Positions 1-11,799 of a stretch of DNA of 64,000 nucleotides are shown piece by piece. The stretch is from Trypanosoma brucei (taxonomy: Eukaryota), in contig CM000208.1 of assembly GCA_000002445.1 (NCBI GenBank), forward strand, positions 3,648,001-3,712,000. The letters run 5' to 3'. Numbering within the stretch: the first letter of the stretch is position 1; the number at the start of each line of letters is the position of its first letter. Under the pieces are notes generated by a model, which was given only the letters and a program-made list of their open reading frames with translations, was not told the origin of the DNA and made no database searches. A program made the translations under genes and the position numbers.

Positions 1-528
1 TGCAAATATTTATTTATCTATATGACTTACTTGCCCCCCCCTTTTTTTTAAATATTCGCTGGTGGTGTTAGGGGGAATTCACTAAGAAAGGATCGCTGTC
101 TGGTATTGGCTGCACGGGGGGCCAATAACAGGCTTGTGGCCATTAGCAAAATAACTCACCATCACGCCCTTTTGTTGTATATCTTCGGAGGACGATAGCG
201 GGCAATCAGCCCAAGCAGAAACGTCCAACTGATTTGAAGGTGCTGTGTGAGGGGAGTTGGAAGTGGACGAATAGCAAGAACAAGTGGGTTCTTCGCCCCA
301 GGGAGGCCGCGGTGATATTGCCAGTAACGGATTGGTGTGCGTGTGTGTGAGAGATAGAGCATTCTCCCCTTCCCCCCCCTTGCACATTTTGCTACACCGT
401 TTTTGTGTCCTCACCATCACCATAACTACAGGGGGCTGAGTAACGACGCCGCGTAACTAGCCTGACACATCTGACTGGTCACCTATATATTTTTTAAACA
501 AGGTGGGAGAGATAGACTCTCTCGGAAA

Positions 529-2784
529 ATGAAGAAATCCACAGTACTTGATGCGCGGCCAACAGGTCCATTACCGAGAAGGCCGCAGCAGCCGTCGCCT
601 GTGGAAGTAAGAAACAGTTCCCAAGTAGAAAAAAACAATGCGCGGGGGAGTTGGCGGAAGCTTTCTCCCTTAGGGAGGCAACAAGAAGAGCAAGGAGGAC
701 TTATTCATAGTCAGTCGCAGTCATTAGATACGTCATTCGCTCCAAATACTAATACTACTTTAGGTTCAACAGATGTGAATCTCAATTCCGGTGTTAGGGA
801 CCGTCCCTCGCCACGGCATAGCATAATGCACCGCCGTGAAACTCGTCCCCTTCTGCCATCCAACCCCACTGATAGCGGTGTGTATGCTTCGGAGGATTGC
901 GGTTCCTCCTCTGCAGGCTTTCCGCGTTTCTCTTCAATGGGTAATATAGACAAATCACGCGATAACGGACAGCTTCCTGACGGACTATGTACGGGAGGTA
1001 GTGAAGTGACGCATAGTAGCGCTGTGCACGGTGAGGCAATTACAGATGAGCTTCTGCGTAGGTTAACTCGTTGCAGTGATCTTAAATCAGTCTCATCCGC
1101 TCAGTTCCAGTTGGATTTCGGGACCCTGCGCTGTGTAGAAAGCATCAGTGCAAGGATGCCTCAGCTGAATTCGCTCAAGCTGAATAACTCAAGAATTACT
1201 GAGCTGCGCGTTTTGGGAACGAATTACGCAAACTTGAGGCGACTCTGGATTAGCAATTGCCTTGTAAGCAGTGTGTCCGGAGTCGGCGCATGCGCCCCCG
1301 TTCTTGAAGAATTGTACGCATCGTTCAACAGCATCTCAGACATTGACGCCCTTACTGAAGTTAGCTCAACTCTTCAGGTTGTAGATCTGGAAGGAAATGA
1401 TATACGCGACACCGATATGCTAAAAAGAACTCTGCCCCAGCTGAAGAAGATGAAACACCTGGTTTTGAAGGGAAATCCCGTAGCATCATCCGAGACCATA
1501 GTTGAACTGTCACATAGCTCGGAAGAAAAGGGCACACGACAACGCAAGGTTTCCTATTCTAAACTTATTGGGCATTTGATGCCCGATCTACAATACTTGG
1601 ACGATGCAGAAATAAGCAACACTTCTTTACAGAAGTCAGCTCGCGTCCAAAAAAAACATCATTCTGCTCACGTTGATCCTCTTGAAATTTGCATTCGCGA
1701 TGAGTATTTGTTTGTGCAGGAGTGCATTCGCGAGTGTGGGTTCGACGCTTTGGGTGCTTCCGGTGCCGATGAAATGCACGGTTCGTGCTCCAGGTCGAAT
1801 GTTTCACTTATCAGCTCCCGTTCACACCAACTTAAGCAGAATAGGCCTTCCTACGACAGAAATAGGCCGTCGGTCGCGGTCAGGTCCCTGCGTAAGAATA
1901 GTCAGTCCACCGCTAGCAGCGGGGATTCTACTAATCAAGGCTGTGATGGTGGCAAACCGCGGCCATCTTGTCAGCGGTGGGGGCCGACACAACGCACATC
2001 ACGTCTATTCACTGGTCGTGTGACCTCTGTTGGTGCCCCCAAAGCGCGTTGCAGGCAACTGCCGCCTCTGAAAGAAACCCCGGCATCTCCCAGCACGGAA
2101 GGACTCGGCAACGAACCGGGGAACGATGGCCAAAGACAACAGGAGTCGGGTGCAATGATGCAACTTGCCCTGAAACCCGTGCCACCTGACGCAAATAGTA
2201 CAAGAGGAGAAAGGAAGCAGCAAAATACAACCTCTCCCATTTGTGGCCTGACGGCAGCTAAGGGAAATGTTTACGCGTTTGACGTTTGCGATGACGATGA
2301 CGATGAATTGGAGAAATCGAAAGAAAGCCTGATGCATCGAGTACGTCTAGGTAATAGTGCGACATCTCAACAAGCGACATTCATGGGGAGTGGTACCGCC
2401 AAGTCCACCAATTCTGAGTTGGCTGACAGTGGATTGTCCTTTCTCTTGCATCGCTTGTCTACCTGCACTCATCCATCAGGGGCTGATCCCCCTGACCAGC
2501 GTAATGAGCAACAGCAAGAGCAACCAACCACTGCGGGAGCAACCAGTCGCTGCTTAGATGATCTGGAAACACCGGGCGATGGACCGTTAGAAAGCTTAAA
2601 TGGTACACCCGAGAAAGATTGGGAGTGGCGGCGGGAGCTTATGCAATCTGTAGTTGATATTCGAAAGATGACTTCGGAGGCTGCTCTGAAGGAGAGGGTT
2701 CAGGGATCTAAAGAGGTTGATGGTGGTGGTTTAGAGAAAGTTGAGTCGGAGGACGAAGAGGATGTTAGTCCTGTTGTATTTTAG
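529..2784 (+). CDS. Leucine-rich-repeat (LRR) protein, hypothetical
   Basis: 751-aa uninterrupted ORF. Central LxxLxLxxN-type repeats (LNSLKLNNSRITELRVLG..., LEGNDIRDTDMLKRT..., LVLKGNPVA). Coding-like composition contrasts with the flanking low-complexity DNA. Same strand as all other genes. Confidence 0.7.
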   Translation: MKKSTVLDARPTGPLPRRPQQPSPVEVRNSSQVEKNNARGSWRKLSPLGRQQEEQGGLIHSQSQSLDTSFAPNTNTTLGSTDVNLNSGVRDRPSPRHSIMHRRETRPLLPSNPTDSGVYASEDCGSSSAGFPRFSSMGNIDKSRDNGQLPDGLCTGGSEVTHSSAVHGEAITDELLRRLTRCSDLKSVSSAQFQLDFGTLRCVESISARMPQLNSLKLNNSRITELRVLGTNYANLRRLWISNCLVSSVSGVGACAPVLEELYASFNSISDIDALTEVSSTLQVVDLEGNDIRDTDMLKRTLPQLKKMKHLVLKGNPVASSETIVELSHSSEEKGTRQRKVSYSKLIGHLMPDLQYLDDAEISNTSLQKSARVQKKHHSAHVDPLEICIRDEYLFVQECIRECGFDALGASGADEMHGSCSRSNVSLISSRSHQLKQNRPSYDRNRPSVAVRSLRKNSQSTASSGDSTNQGCDGGKPRPSCQRWGPTQRTSRLFTGRVTSVGAPKARCRQLPPLKETPASPSTEGLGNEPGNDGQRQQESGAMMQLALKPVPPDANSTRGERKQQNTTSPICGLTAAKGNVYAFDVCDDDDDELEKSKESLMHRVRLGNSATSQQATFMGSGTAKSTNSELADSGLSFLLHRLSTCTHPSGADPPDQRNEQQQEQPTTAGATSRCLDDLETPGDGPLESLNGTPEKDWEWRRELMQSVVDIRKMTSEAALKERVQGSKEVDGGGLEKVESEDEEDVSPVVF

Positions 2785-3224
2785 GCTAACTAGTTTGTAG
2801 ATATTATCCAACGAGGTAACGCTAGTCGAGTTGGTAACATATATTCTTTCATAAAATATTATTACCTCTTTTTGTGGATGTTGTTGTTTGCGTTTGTTTT
2901 CACTAGTGTTTTGGATGATGTGTAGGCTTTCAATACAGGGAGAGGAGGGGCTAAAAGCACATGAAGTAGGTAATTGAGTGAGAGAGGGGTGGGGGTTGCC
3001 CAGAGTAAAAGACCATGAGACGCACTGAACGTCCACCATTCCGCTTCCTTTTGCTTTTCTCAACGCCTTCCTCTACCTCTTCTTAACCTTCCATGTGATT
3101 TGTTGGCATCGTTATTTTAATTAGTTTGGTTCGTTGCTGAACCAGTGCTGTGTGAGCGCCGCGTCCCGTTGTTTTTCTTCATTCGGCTGTATAGACAGAT
3201 GGGCAAAGGAAACTGGCATGTGTG

Positions 3225-3227
<3 letters not shown>

Positions 3228-3268
<41 letters not shown>
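3228..3268. repeat. (AT)n microsatellite, ~41 bp
   Basis: Perfect AT dinucleotide run read directly. Confidence 0.95.
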
Positions 3269-3269
<1 letters not shown>

Positions 3270-4296
3270 GAATACTTATTTATATTCCGGGGAAAGGAAT
3301 GTAAAAATTCAGGGAAAGGGATGAACAATGAGGGGTAAAGAGAGCAGCGGTGTAGAAAGTATCAATACTAAAGGAACCAGTAAGAAGCAGTACAGAGGAA
3401 AGAGAAAAAGAGACGGGAAACAACCATGAAGGGGGTTTACTGTGAGCGAAACTAACCGAGATTATTTGTTCTGTCGTCAGGCTCGTGTTTCTCCCCCACA
3501 ATTGGTGTTTATCCGTCGTGCTTTCCTATCTGATATACTAAGTTTCGCCCTACTTTTGGCGACGAAAGCGGCGCTGCAGCGGGCCATTTTGCTTTTGCTT
3601 GTTTCTGCGCGTAGCTGAACCTTGACAAAATGTTGTCAGCAGCACCCCTGGTGGATCGTATCGCTCCGCTTTTCCCACTGTTCTTCTTCCCTTTCGTGGC
3701 TTTCTTAAATTTTCTACGATGTGTTTTCCTTTTGTTTGTATTCTAGAAACAACATCTCCGCTCGTTTGGTTTTATGAACAAGTGCCACTACGTTGCCCAC
3801 TGGGCGTTGTGACGGTTAAATTCAAATTGCCTGTTTATATCGCTACGGACATGTACACCCTCTTGCACCCGCACATACACATACGCAAACGAGCATACGC
3901 ATGCAACCGCCGGCATATGTGATATGATGCTTTTCGTTTACTCAATCCTCTCCGCTGTGAAGCTCCCGCAAACGCAAAAAAAAAAAAAGAACGATCAGCC
4001 GTGAATGTGCATCTCTTTTTTTAAAAAAATTTCCTCTGTGTCGGTAAGAGGTTAACAGCGGAATGTTAGGAGGTGCGTGCCGGTTTAAATGTCCTTTTTT
4101 TTTGTTCTTTGACGATATTTATCTTTGTTCCTCTTTTTTTTTTTTGATCTTGTCCTCTTCTTCCTTCGCCTTGTCCCTGTTTTTTTTTCTCTTTCCTGTT
4201 CGTAAGGCGGAGTCGCATTGCGGAACCAAGTTGATTCTTTTCCACCTGTGACGTATTCGTCTCTACACGGTCGTGGTCTTGAGTCTGTGTTTTTTT

Positions 4297-4340
4297 CCCC
4301 CCCCCCCCCCAACATTTGCCTTTTCCTCCCTTCCCCCCCC
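4297..4340. repeat. C14 homopolymer plus a nearby C8 run (G-rich on minus strand)
   Basis: cccccccccccccc at 4297-4310 and cccccccc at 4333-4340. Confidence 0.9.
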
Positions 4341-4936
4341 GTCCTGTAAACCCCGCATCATATCTTCCTTTTACAGTTGTTTTTTTTTTTCGCAAAGGTG
4401 TGTTCGTGTGCTGGATGAAAAATGCACTGAGGTAAATTGGCCTCTTGGGCAACGTACTGTTACTTCTTACTCGGAAAAAGGGGCCGCTTCCTGATTTAAA
4501 AAAAAAAATTGTTTATTTCTCTTCTCTTTCCTTCACCTTTTCCTTCTCGGCATCTGCACATAATTGCCGTAGTGTTTTGTTTGCCTCCCCCTACCTCGTT
4601 AGCATTTTGGTTTTCGCAACTTAAAGAAGGGGGCGGCGGATGCAAAAACGGAAAGGGAAGGTTTGTTTGCTTGGGGAAAGAGGTGTTGCGCCTGGAAGTT
4701 AGCAGGGAACTGGAAGGGAAAAGGTAGAAAGCAAACAACAACAACAACAACAGATAATAGTAATAATACCAGTAACGGTGTTTAGCACGTTGCCAACACC
4801 ATCGCGGAGGGAGTGTAGATCACTGAGCATGGTGTGAAGATTTTTTTTTCCTGGGAAAAAGAACAAAAAAAACTGAAAAGCGAGTACCGTAAAGGGATTC
4901 CACTCAGGTGATCACGGTAGTAAAAATACATGGTGT

Positions 4937-4958
4937 ATGTGTGTGTGTGTGTGTGTGT
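4937..4958. repeat. (TG)n microsatellite
   Basis: tgtgtgtgtgtgtgtgtgtgtg read directly. Confidence 0.95.
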
Positions 4959-4990
4959 AACCGCCGAAGAGACAGACCTACCTGATGATA

Positions 4991-5051
4991 CATTCCACTC
5001 CTTTTCGCTTCCACTGTAGTAGATACTAAGACTTTTTTTTTCCCTTGACTG
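4991..5051 (+). promoter_or_regulatory. Polypyrimidine tract / putative trans-splice acceptor region upstream of MetAP1
   Basis: cattccactccttttcgcttccactgt followed by AG dinucleotides and a T10 run directly 5' of the ATG at 5052. This is the kinetoplastid trans-splicing signal architecture. Confidence 0.4.
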
Positions 5052-6239
5052 ATGTCGTGCGAAGGTTGCGGAAAGTTGGAGCCTGCAATGCAGTGCCCAA
5101 CATGCAAGAAACTTGGTCTTCCTCCAAGCTACTTTTGCACGCAGGAATGCTTCAAGGAGAACTGGAGCAACCATAAACTCAAACACAGCAACACTTCCGT
5201 TGCTAATGTTCCTACCATGACAGATTGGGCCATGAAAACGTTTGACTTCACCGGACCATTGCGGCCGGGTAAGATAACGCCACGCCGCGCTGTTCCGTCA
5301 CATATTCCGCGACCAGACTATGCTGACTGTGCAGGGGGCGTGTCTGCCTCAGAGGAAAAAGACCGAGGAAGTAAGGTGAAGGTATATAATATTCAGTTCC
5401 TTCACGATGACAGCAAAAAGACTGCGGAAATTCAGCGAATCAAGACTGTTTGTCAGCTCTCGCGGGAGGTGCTTGACATTGCGACGGCAGCGGCCAAACC
5501 TGGCATCACCACCGATGAGTTGGACCGCATAGTGCATGAAGCCACTGTCGAGCGTAACATGTACCCGTCTCCGCTAAATTACTACGGATTCCCAAAATCT
5601 GTGTGTACATCTGTGAATGAAGTTATTTGCCATGGTATCCCTGACTCTCGTGAACTCGAGGAGGGAGACATCTTAAATATTGATGTTTCAAGCTACCTCA
5701 ATGGATTCCACGGTGACCTGAACGAGACGGTATTCATTGGTCGGCCGGATGATGATAGCGTCCGGCTTGTGCACGCTGCTTACGAGTGTCTCTGCGCTGG
5801 CATTGGTGTAGTGAAACCTGAAGCCCTTTACAAGCAGGTAGGTGATGCTATTGAGGCCTGTGCTTCACAATATCAATGCTCAGTGGTTCGCACCTACACG
5901 GGTCATGGTGTTGGCCACCTCTTCCATACATCACCTACGGTGTGTCACTACGCCAACAACAAGAGTCTTGGCATGATGCGGCCAGGGCATGTCTTCACGA
6001 TTGAGCCGATGATCAACTTAGGAACATGGCAGGATGTAACGTGGCCTGATAAATGGACAAGTACCACTAAAGACGGGCGCCGAAGCGCACAATTTGAACA
6101 CACGATGGTCGTTACGAATGGTGGTGTGGAGATATTCACAGATTGGGTGGATGGTGTCCCTACGTATCAGAAGCAGCTGAAGGAATGGGGAATTATGTTG
6201 CCGCAGCGTAAAGAAGTGGGATCGGCTACCGCTGCTTGA
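5052..6239 (+). CDS. Methionine aminopeptidase type 1 (MetAP1) with N-terminal C6H2/MYND-like zinc finger
   Basis: N-terminus CEGCGK...CPTCKK...CTQEC...H...H matches the MetAP1 zinc-finger module. Catalytic pita-bread fold motifs are present: ICHGIPD, DILNIDVS, GFHGDLNETVFIG, GHGVGHLFH, FTIEPMIN, FEHTMVVTNGGVEIFT. Confidence 0.9.
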   Translation: MSCEGCGKLEPAMQCPTCKKLGLPPSYFCTQECFKENWSNHKLKHSNTSVANVPTMTDWAMKTFDFTGPLRPGKITPRRAVPSHIPRPDYADCAGGVSASEEKDRGSKVKVYNIQFLHDDSKKTAEIQRIKTVCQLSREVLDIATAAAKPGITTDELDRIVHEATVERNMYPSPLNYYGFPKSVCTSVNEVICHGIPDSRELEEGDILNIDVSSYLNGFHGDLNETVFIGRPDDDSVRLVHAAYECLCAGIGVVKPEALYKQVGDAIEACASQYQCSVVRTYTGHGVGHLFHTSPTVCHYANNKSLGMMRPGHVFTIEPMINLGTWQDVTWPDKWTSTTKDGRRSAQFEHTMVVTNGGVEIFTDWVDGVPTYQKQLKEWGIMLPQRKEVGSATAA

Positions 6240-7261
6240 GGGATGTGAATACTGTCCAAATTGTGGGAAAAGTGTCAGGGGCCTTTCGACGCGGATGCCT
6301 TTCTTTCCTACCATATATTTAAGCAGCCTGTGATGTGTGGTTAAGTTTGTTTGGCGTTTAATATCTTTAAAAGTTGATGGAATGATCTGAAGAAAGCGGA
6401 GGCGATACTGAGGATGCTTGAGGCAGGACAGGAAGGATAGGAGGTTTAGTGTGGGTGCTTTGCACGAATGTAGGCGATGGTGGCCAAAGGTTACAGTCGT
6501 ACTGTGTTGTGTTGTTGCAGAGGTCGGTCGTAGCGTGTGTGCGCTTTGGGGTGGCGGAGGAAGGAGGGAAACGAAGGATGTCATTGTTTCTTAACATGCA
6601 GCTTCGGGTTGCAGGGAAACGATGGAAGTTTCGCACAGATGCGGTGTAGGAAGGAAGGGGTGACGTAACTAACTCTGTTCTTGTGGCAAGATGCCAAAGC
6701 AGCCACGTTTAAGTGGCTTTCATTTAACTATTGGGGTTAGACACGTAAAAGGATGCTTACACACGCATCTTTATCCATGTGTACTTGCTTGGCTTTCTCT
6801 TCGCATGCTCCCCGCTGCTTCATCAACCAGACTAATTATTCAAGAGCTATCTGTTTTCTCTGTACTCTCTCGGCGTACGAACAAACACATACACAAATAA
6901 ATAAACCCATATCGTAACGTTAGAGAGTAACTTACTCCGCGTACATACATAGGTTAATAACTAGTCTCTTTCGGGACAGAAGCAACGGCACGTAGCCACA
7001 GAGGTGTCTCTAGGGGAGATACACCTGTTTTATTTTTTTGTGAAATTGGAGTATTATCCAGCTCTTCTTACAATTTCTCTGTTGGGAGAACCTCTGCCCC
7101 ACTTCGTCCGCACAAAGTACATTGTGCCGAGGCTTCTTGACACTTTCTATTTTAAGATACAGGCGGCGCAGAGTAGAGAAGCACACCCAAATCACACAGG
7201 CATCCAATTGGGAAGGGGGGAAATAGAGTGGACGCGCCAACTAATAATCCGCTAACGAGCA

Positions 7262-10200
7262 ATGCAGCGGGAAGTGATACGTTGGCTGCAGTCATTAGAC
7301 CTCACACAACAGGTGCGATACCCTCAGCAAGATCTCTCAAATGGATTTGTGTTCGCCGAGATTGCCAGCCGCTATGACCGTCAAGTGGGCATGCACTGCT
7401 ACGTTCCCGGCTGCTCCGCCGAATCCAAGCGGTCGAATTGGAAAGTGCTGCTTGCAGATATGAAGCGGATAGGTTTTTCCGCCATAACGAAAGAAACTGC
7501 AGAGTCTATAGCACAAGGTAAGCCAGGTGCAGCCATTACACTGCTGAACCAACTGTACGAATTCTTCAGCGGCCGGCCAGCCCCGACGAGTTCGGATGAC
7601 TTTAGCAAAAAGGCCAAAGCCCTGCGACGCGCGTTGGAAGGGCCTTCGACCTCTTCTGAGGGAGCCAGTGCTGCTTATTCAAAGGAAGAGAATCATTCGC
7701 TCCCACTACTGGCTAGTGAAACACGTATTTACGAAAGATTGCGGCAACCGGGCTTCGCTCAGCCGACGGCGGCGGCTCTTCTGCGTGTCGTCAACAGTGG
7801 CGCAAGGTCGGTTTGCCTCGCTGGCGCTGTCCCTCCAGACGAGGTGAAAACGAGGAGACGCAATGAGGATCTGCTTCTGGAGCACGAGATGTTATACAAG
7901 GCATGCAAGAGGACGGAACCAGATCGGTTCGAGCCGAAGAAGCGGCCACACACTGATACCGTGGTGCGCCCAAAGAAACAGGTCGATTCCTTAAAAACAA
8001 AGCAGGGTGTTGTTCCCTTGAACATAGGTGGTTCAACGGTTCACTTGGAGTTGCCAAACGATCAGGTGGCCGATCTTTTGCGCCTTCGTCCGACCGCCGA
8101 TGGGTTTCATGCGGTTGCGGGGGAACAGTACACGGGCAACACTACGGATATGCAGGTGTTCAACATCTTTAGGGCCAGCGGGACGAACCTTCGCCTCTGT
8201 TTGTCAAAGTTGCTAGGAATAGTGTTGTGCACCGGAAAACTTTCCATTGAGCCACTACGGTTGAATGACGATGTGGGTGCTGGTGATGTTTTTAGCGCCT
8301 TTGTTGGTCAATGTAATAGTTTACCATTACCAACTGCCGGAAAATGCTGGGAAGCCGTGTCCGACGCTAGTGAGTACATCGCACAGGTGTTGCTTGACAA
8401 ACCCACAGAGTATTTTTACCTCCTTCGAGTGATGGACTTTCTTTTTTCATCCGAATCAATGGGAATTCGCATGCTGCACGTACCTGGCGCTTCCACTGCT
8501 GAGCACCTGGGCGCTGCAGAAGAATTAACTTCCACGAGTAACTGCACACGCTCCGAGGTTTCTCGTTCGACGAGCAAGAAATACTCGAGTTATGTCACTG
8601 TGCTGGAGGACCCCTGTTTCACCAAGCATTCACAACAGCAGAGCGCACGAGCGTTCAATCTTGCTGCAGCACATGGGTTCCTCTACAACATTGGCCTGGC
8701 TGTGAATAATCTCTCACCTTCGTTGGCGTTGTCGTTAATAGCTGACTACTATCTTCCCGCGGTTTCACCGTCTCTCCCAACAGCAAGCTCGATGGCATTG
8801 GAGGGAGTCTGTCGGCTGGTGGTCGCGCACCTGTGTGGCGACAGTAGTTCTCTCAATGCTGGTGATGACGATGCCCCGTTGTCGCCCTATAAAGACGGCG
8901 GGGGCGAAGGAAGGAAGGAAGAGTCTTGTGTATCAGAGGAAGACGAGGAGGAAAGGGGAAACAAACGACCCTTTAGTGACTCAAGATGGGAGCCCTCCAA
9001 GCAGCTGGCTGCGTTCCTTACAGGCCCCCTAAAAGAAGCCTTTTTACCAGGTGGCGTACGCGATGTGACGAATTCAGCCCAGCGGCGTACACAGTATGGT
9101 TTATTTCTATATCATACCCTTCGTCACGTGCGAAGCACCTTTGGAGGAGTCGATCTGTGCAGGAACGAGAGCAGCGTATCTGTCAGTGCATCATCAGCGC
9201 ATAGGTCGCGTTTCCATTCCCTTACTGGGTTGGGCGCCGCTGGAGTGTGTGCTTCACTTGCCTCCTCCTCGGCAAAAGAGAGGGCCGTTGGTGTGGCAAC
9301 ATTGCTGGAGCTGATCTTGTGGGACAGGTGGGATGCAGCTATTAAACCGCTCCTTAAAATAATCAGTGACACACGGCAGGATGGATCATTTTCGAAATTT
9401 GTTCGTCCTTCCGCAGAAACTTGGGAACTTCGTGTGCTTCTTCTGGAACTGTTTTCCGTCGCGTTTCACCGGGTTCTGCTCACATTAGCGGATGGGACCG
9501 CCGTTGAAGGAATCCAGAACAATGTCGAGGAAGGAGACGATGTATCTAGTACCCTGCCCATTGTCAAGCAAGTTGATTTGCATAGTCTAGAAGAGGCCAC
9601 GGTAAACTGTATGAAGTCCTTTTCTGCTGCACCGCTGATGCAGCGTGAGTTGGTACTTCAAATAATTGGGAGGAGGCTTCTTCCTGAGAAACAGCGAAAC
9701 GTTGCTGCTGCGTGGATCGACTGCTTGTTCGGCCTACCTGCAGATCAGCTGGAATTTCTACTCGGCGCTGACCCTGCACTGCACCTCCGAAGTTGGGGAA
9801 ACAACCAAGAGATGCAGCCAACCCCACGTGGAACAGTTTCGTCTCAGGTGCAAGGCAGCTTTTCTTCAGTGCGGCTCGTTGCATGCCAAGAAAATCGTCA
9901 ACTCAGCCTGTCCGGTTACGCAGCAGGATTATCTAGTGACTTCAACACGTCGGAGAATCCTGGAACCGATGTGCGTGTGCTTCTCGGTCGCATCGAAAGC
10001 GCATACGTTGTAACTCCCCTGAATCATACATGGAATGTGTTCACTGTTGTACAAACGGTAATTATCTTTAAGAGTAGAATCACCACGCTGCAACTTTTTT
10101 CGGTCATTCACGCGGCACTCGTCAGTCCACAGGGTTATGATAGGGAATTGCAGAGTTTGCTGATGGACCTGAGGGTTCTTGGAGGCAATGATGGTGCTGC

Positions 10201-10855
10201 CTCTTCGGAAAATGGAGTGGCGGCTGAGGAGGTACTGGAAGTGGAGGCAGCTCTTTGTGACAAGGCTATGGATAGCCGCTGCAGCTCCGACATTTCAGCT
10301 GTTGTCCCATTGAAAGAGCTTATTAAATGTGCTCGTGTGGGACCAGGAGCTGACCAAGGGAAACGCGGTGACGCCAGAGAGTGCGACAAGGAACTCAGTT
10401 GCGTGATGGATTCATACCAGGTACCTGAGGTGGCGGCCTTCTCCACGTCTTACAGTATCAAATCTTGTTGTTTGGAGGAGATGCAACAAGCAGGCGAAGA
10501 GATAACGGGCGAGGAAACAGATGCGTACGTGGAATTGTTTTGGCTCTCTGTTCTCCGACGAATAAAACCTCAGTTGGAGGAATGCACTGCAGATGAGAAA
10601 TCGGATCACGAACATGGCTCCTACAGTCAGCAGTCACAACAGAACAGAAGGAAAAGGAAAGATGTAGACCGGGAGGCCACCTCTTGGAATATGTGTCGGG
10701 TCTCCAAAGGGGAAGACACCAAGCGACTGCGTAGGTTGGCTAACTCTATATTGCTTAATTTTTTTAGACGCTTCGGGGGTACAAGGAGTCGGTCTGCAAG
10801 GCCGTCGTCATTAGATGCAACATCACGAGCCCGAGGGTGGCTCAGTGCAATGTAA
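7262..10855 (+). CDS. CH-like (DUF1042, SPEF1/CLAMP-type calponin-homology) domain protein, large hypothetical
   Basis: The first ~110 aa (WLQSLDL...NGFVFAEIASRYDRQVGMHCYVPGCSAESKRSNWKVLLADMKRIGFSAITKETAESIAQGKPGAAITLLNQLYEFF) follow the SPEF1/SPATA4 CH-like domain pattern (LYLWVDNIPL...DGVLVAEVI...NYVPANS...KLSNW...L..L.F...). The remaining ~1,080 aa have no recognisable domain. Confidence 0.75.
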   Translation: MQREVIRWLQSLDLTQQVRYPQQDLSNGFVFAEIASRYDRQVGMHCYVPGCSAESKRSNWKVLLADMKRIGFSAITKETAESIAQGKPGAAITLLNQLYEFFSGRPAPTSSDDFSKKAKALRRALEGPSTSSEGASAAYSKEENHSLPLLASETRIYERLRQPGFAQPTAAALLRVVNSGARSVCLAGAVPPDEVKTRRRNEDLLLEHEMLYKACKRTEPDRFEPKKRPHTDTVVRPKKQVDSLKTKQGVVPLNIGGSTVHLELPNDQVADLLRLRPTADGFHAVAGEQYTGNTTDMQVFNIFRASGTNLRLCLSKLLGIVLCTGKLSIEPLRLNDDVGAGDVFSAFVGQCNSLPLPTAGKCWEAVSDASEYIAQVLLDKPTEYFYLLRVMDFLFSSESMGIRMLHVPGASTAEHLGAAEELTSTSNCTRSEVSRSTSKKYSSYVTVLEDPCFTKHSQQQSARAFNLAAAHGFLYNIGLAVNNLSPSLALSLIADYYLPAVSPSLPTASSMALEGVCRLVVAHLCGDSSSLNAGDDDAPLSPYKDGGGEGRKEESCVSEEDEEERGNKRPFSDSRWEPSKQLAAFLTGPLKEAFLPGGVRDVTNSAQRRTQYGLFLYHTLRHVRSTFGGVDLCRNESSVSVSASSAHRSRFHSLTGLGAAGVCASLASSSAKERAVGVATLLELILWDRWDAAIKPLLKIISDTRQDGSFSKFVRPSAETWELRVLLLELFSVAFHRVLLTLADGTAVEGIQNNVEEGDDVSSTLPIVKQVDLHSLEEATVNCMKSFSAAPLMQRELVLQIIGRRLLPEKQRNVAAAWIDCLFGLPADQLEFLLGADPALHLRSWGNNQEMQPTPRGTVSSQVQGSFSSVRLVACQENRQLSLSGYAAGLSSDFNTSENPGTDVRVLLGRIESAYVVTPLNHTWNVFTVVQTVIIFKSRITTLQLFSVIHAALVSPQGYDRELQSLLMDLRVLGGNDGAASSENGVAAEEVLEVEAALCDKAMDSRCSSDISAVVPLKELIKCARVGPGADQGKRGDARECDKELSCVMDSYQVPEVAAFSTSYSIKSCCLEEMQQAGEEITGEETDAYVELFWLSVLRRIKPQLEECTADEKSDHEHGSYSQQSQQNRRKRKDVDREATSWNMCRVSKGEDTKRLRRLANSILLNFFRRFGGTRSRSARPSSLDATSRARGWLSAM

Positions 10856-11799
10856 AGTGGCGCTTAATGTGCTGAACGGCGGTGATGTCAGGTAGGCGGG
10901 GCAGGGGAGAAGCGGCAAGGAACGGGGATATCACACAAATTAACGTAAGGAATGTTTTCTTTACTTACGTACCCATGTGTTTTGATGTCTGCACGGCTCC
11001 TCACCCCTTTCATACCAATCCGCTTCTCTCCTTGCCCTCTCCGTTAATTGGTATTACCGTTACCATTGTTAGTACACTCATGTACATAAAGTGCCCTGTG
11101 ACCCTTGAAGGAGGGAAGAGGAAGAGCACAGTGTAACAACCCAGGGGCTGGGGATTTCCCATGCAGTACCAAGAAGAGAACCAATAAAGAAACTGTGGAC
11201 TGTCTCTTGTCCCTGTGTTACTTGGAACGGTCAACTTCCCGCGACACGCTAGTCTTTGTTCCCGCTTCTCATTCATGCATTTCCTGTACACAAGAAAAAT
11301 TTTTAAATATCAAGTATTGCTAGTTGACATCATTGCTTTGGCTTTTTTGTCGTCAGCCCGTGGGGGAAGCTACGGGATCACAGATATATATTAATTAGGC
11401 GCTGCCACTACTTAAAACATATAGGGGGTCTGAAAACGGTGAAAGAACCACGGTAAGTATATAAATCGAGAAAAGCCAACGAACGGGTTCGAAAAGGGTG
11501 AAAAGGTCGGAACGGTACGGTGGAGCTTATTTGCTTCAAGAAGTTAAGGTGCGCTCTCTTCGCCAAGTGGTTGCCTCTTCATCTATTTGACCTTCAGCCA
11601 TAGGTCTGGCACGAAATCCGGGAGCAAATCACCTTCCTCGGGAAATAGCAGTGTTTGTAGCAAATAGAGGTGTGTGCAGCAGCCAACCAAGGGGGATTGT
11701 AAGGCAAGATAGACAGTAGGAAAAAGCAAAAGCAAAGAAGGCTGCGGGGCGGGATACGGAGGTCATACCGAATAGTCGGCTCTCCATTCGTCTCTGTGA

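Noticed and set aside
6018-6584. 188-aa minus-strand ORF overlapping the MetAP1 3' end
   Set aside because: Antisense to a well-supported conserved gene. Low-complexity Pro/Ser/Thr translation with no domain signature.
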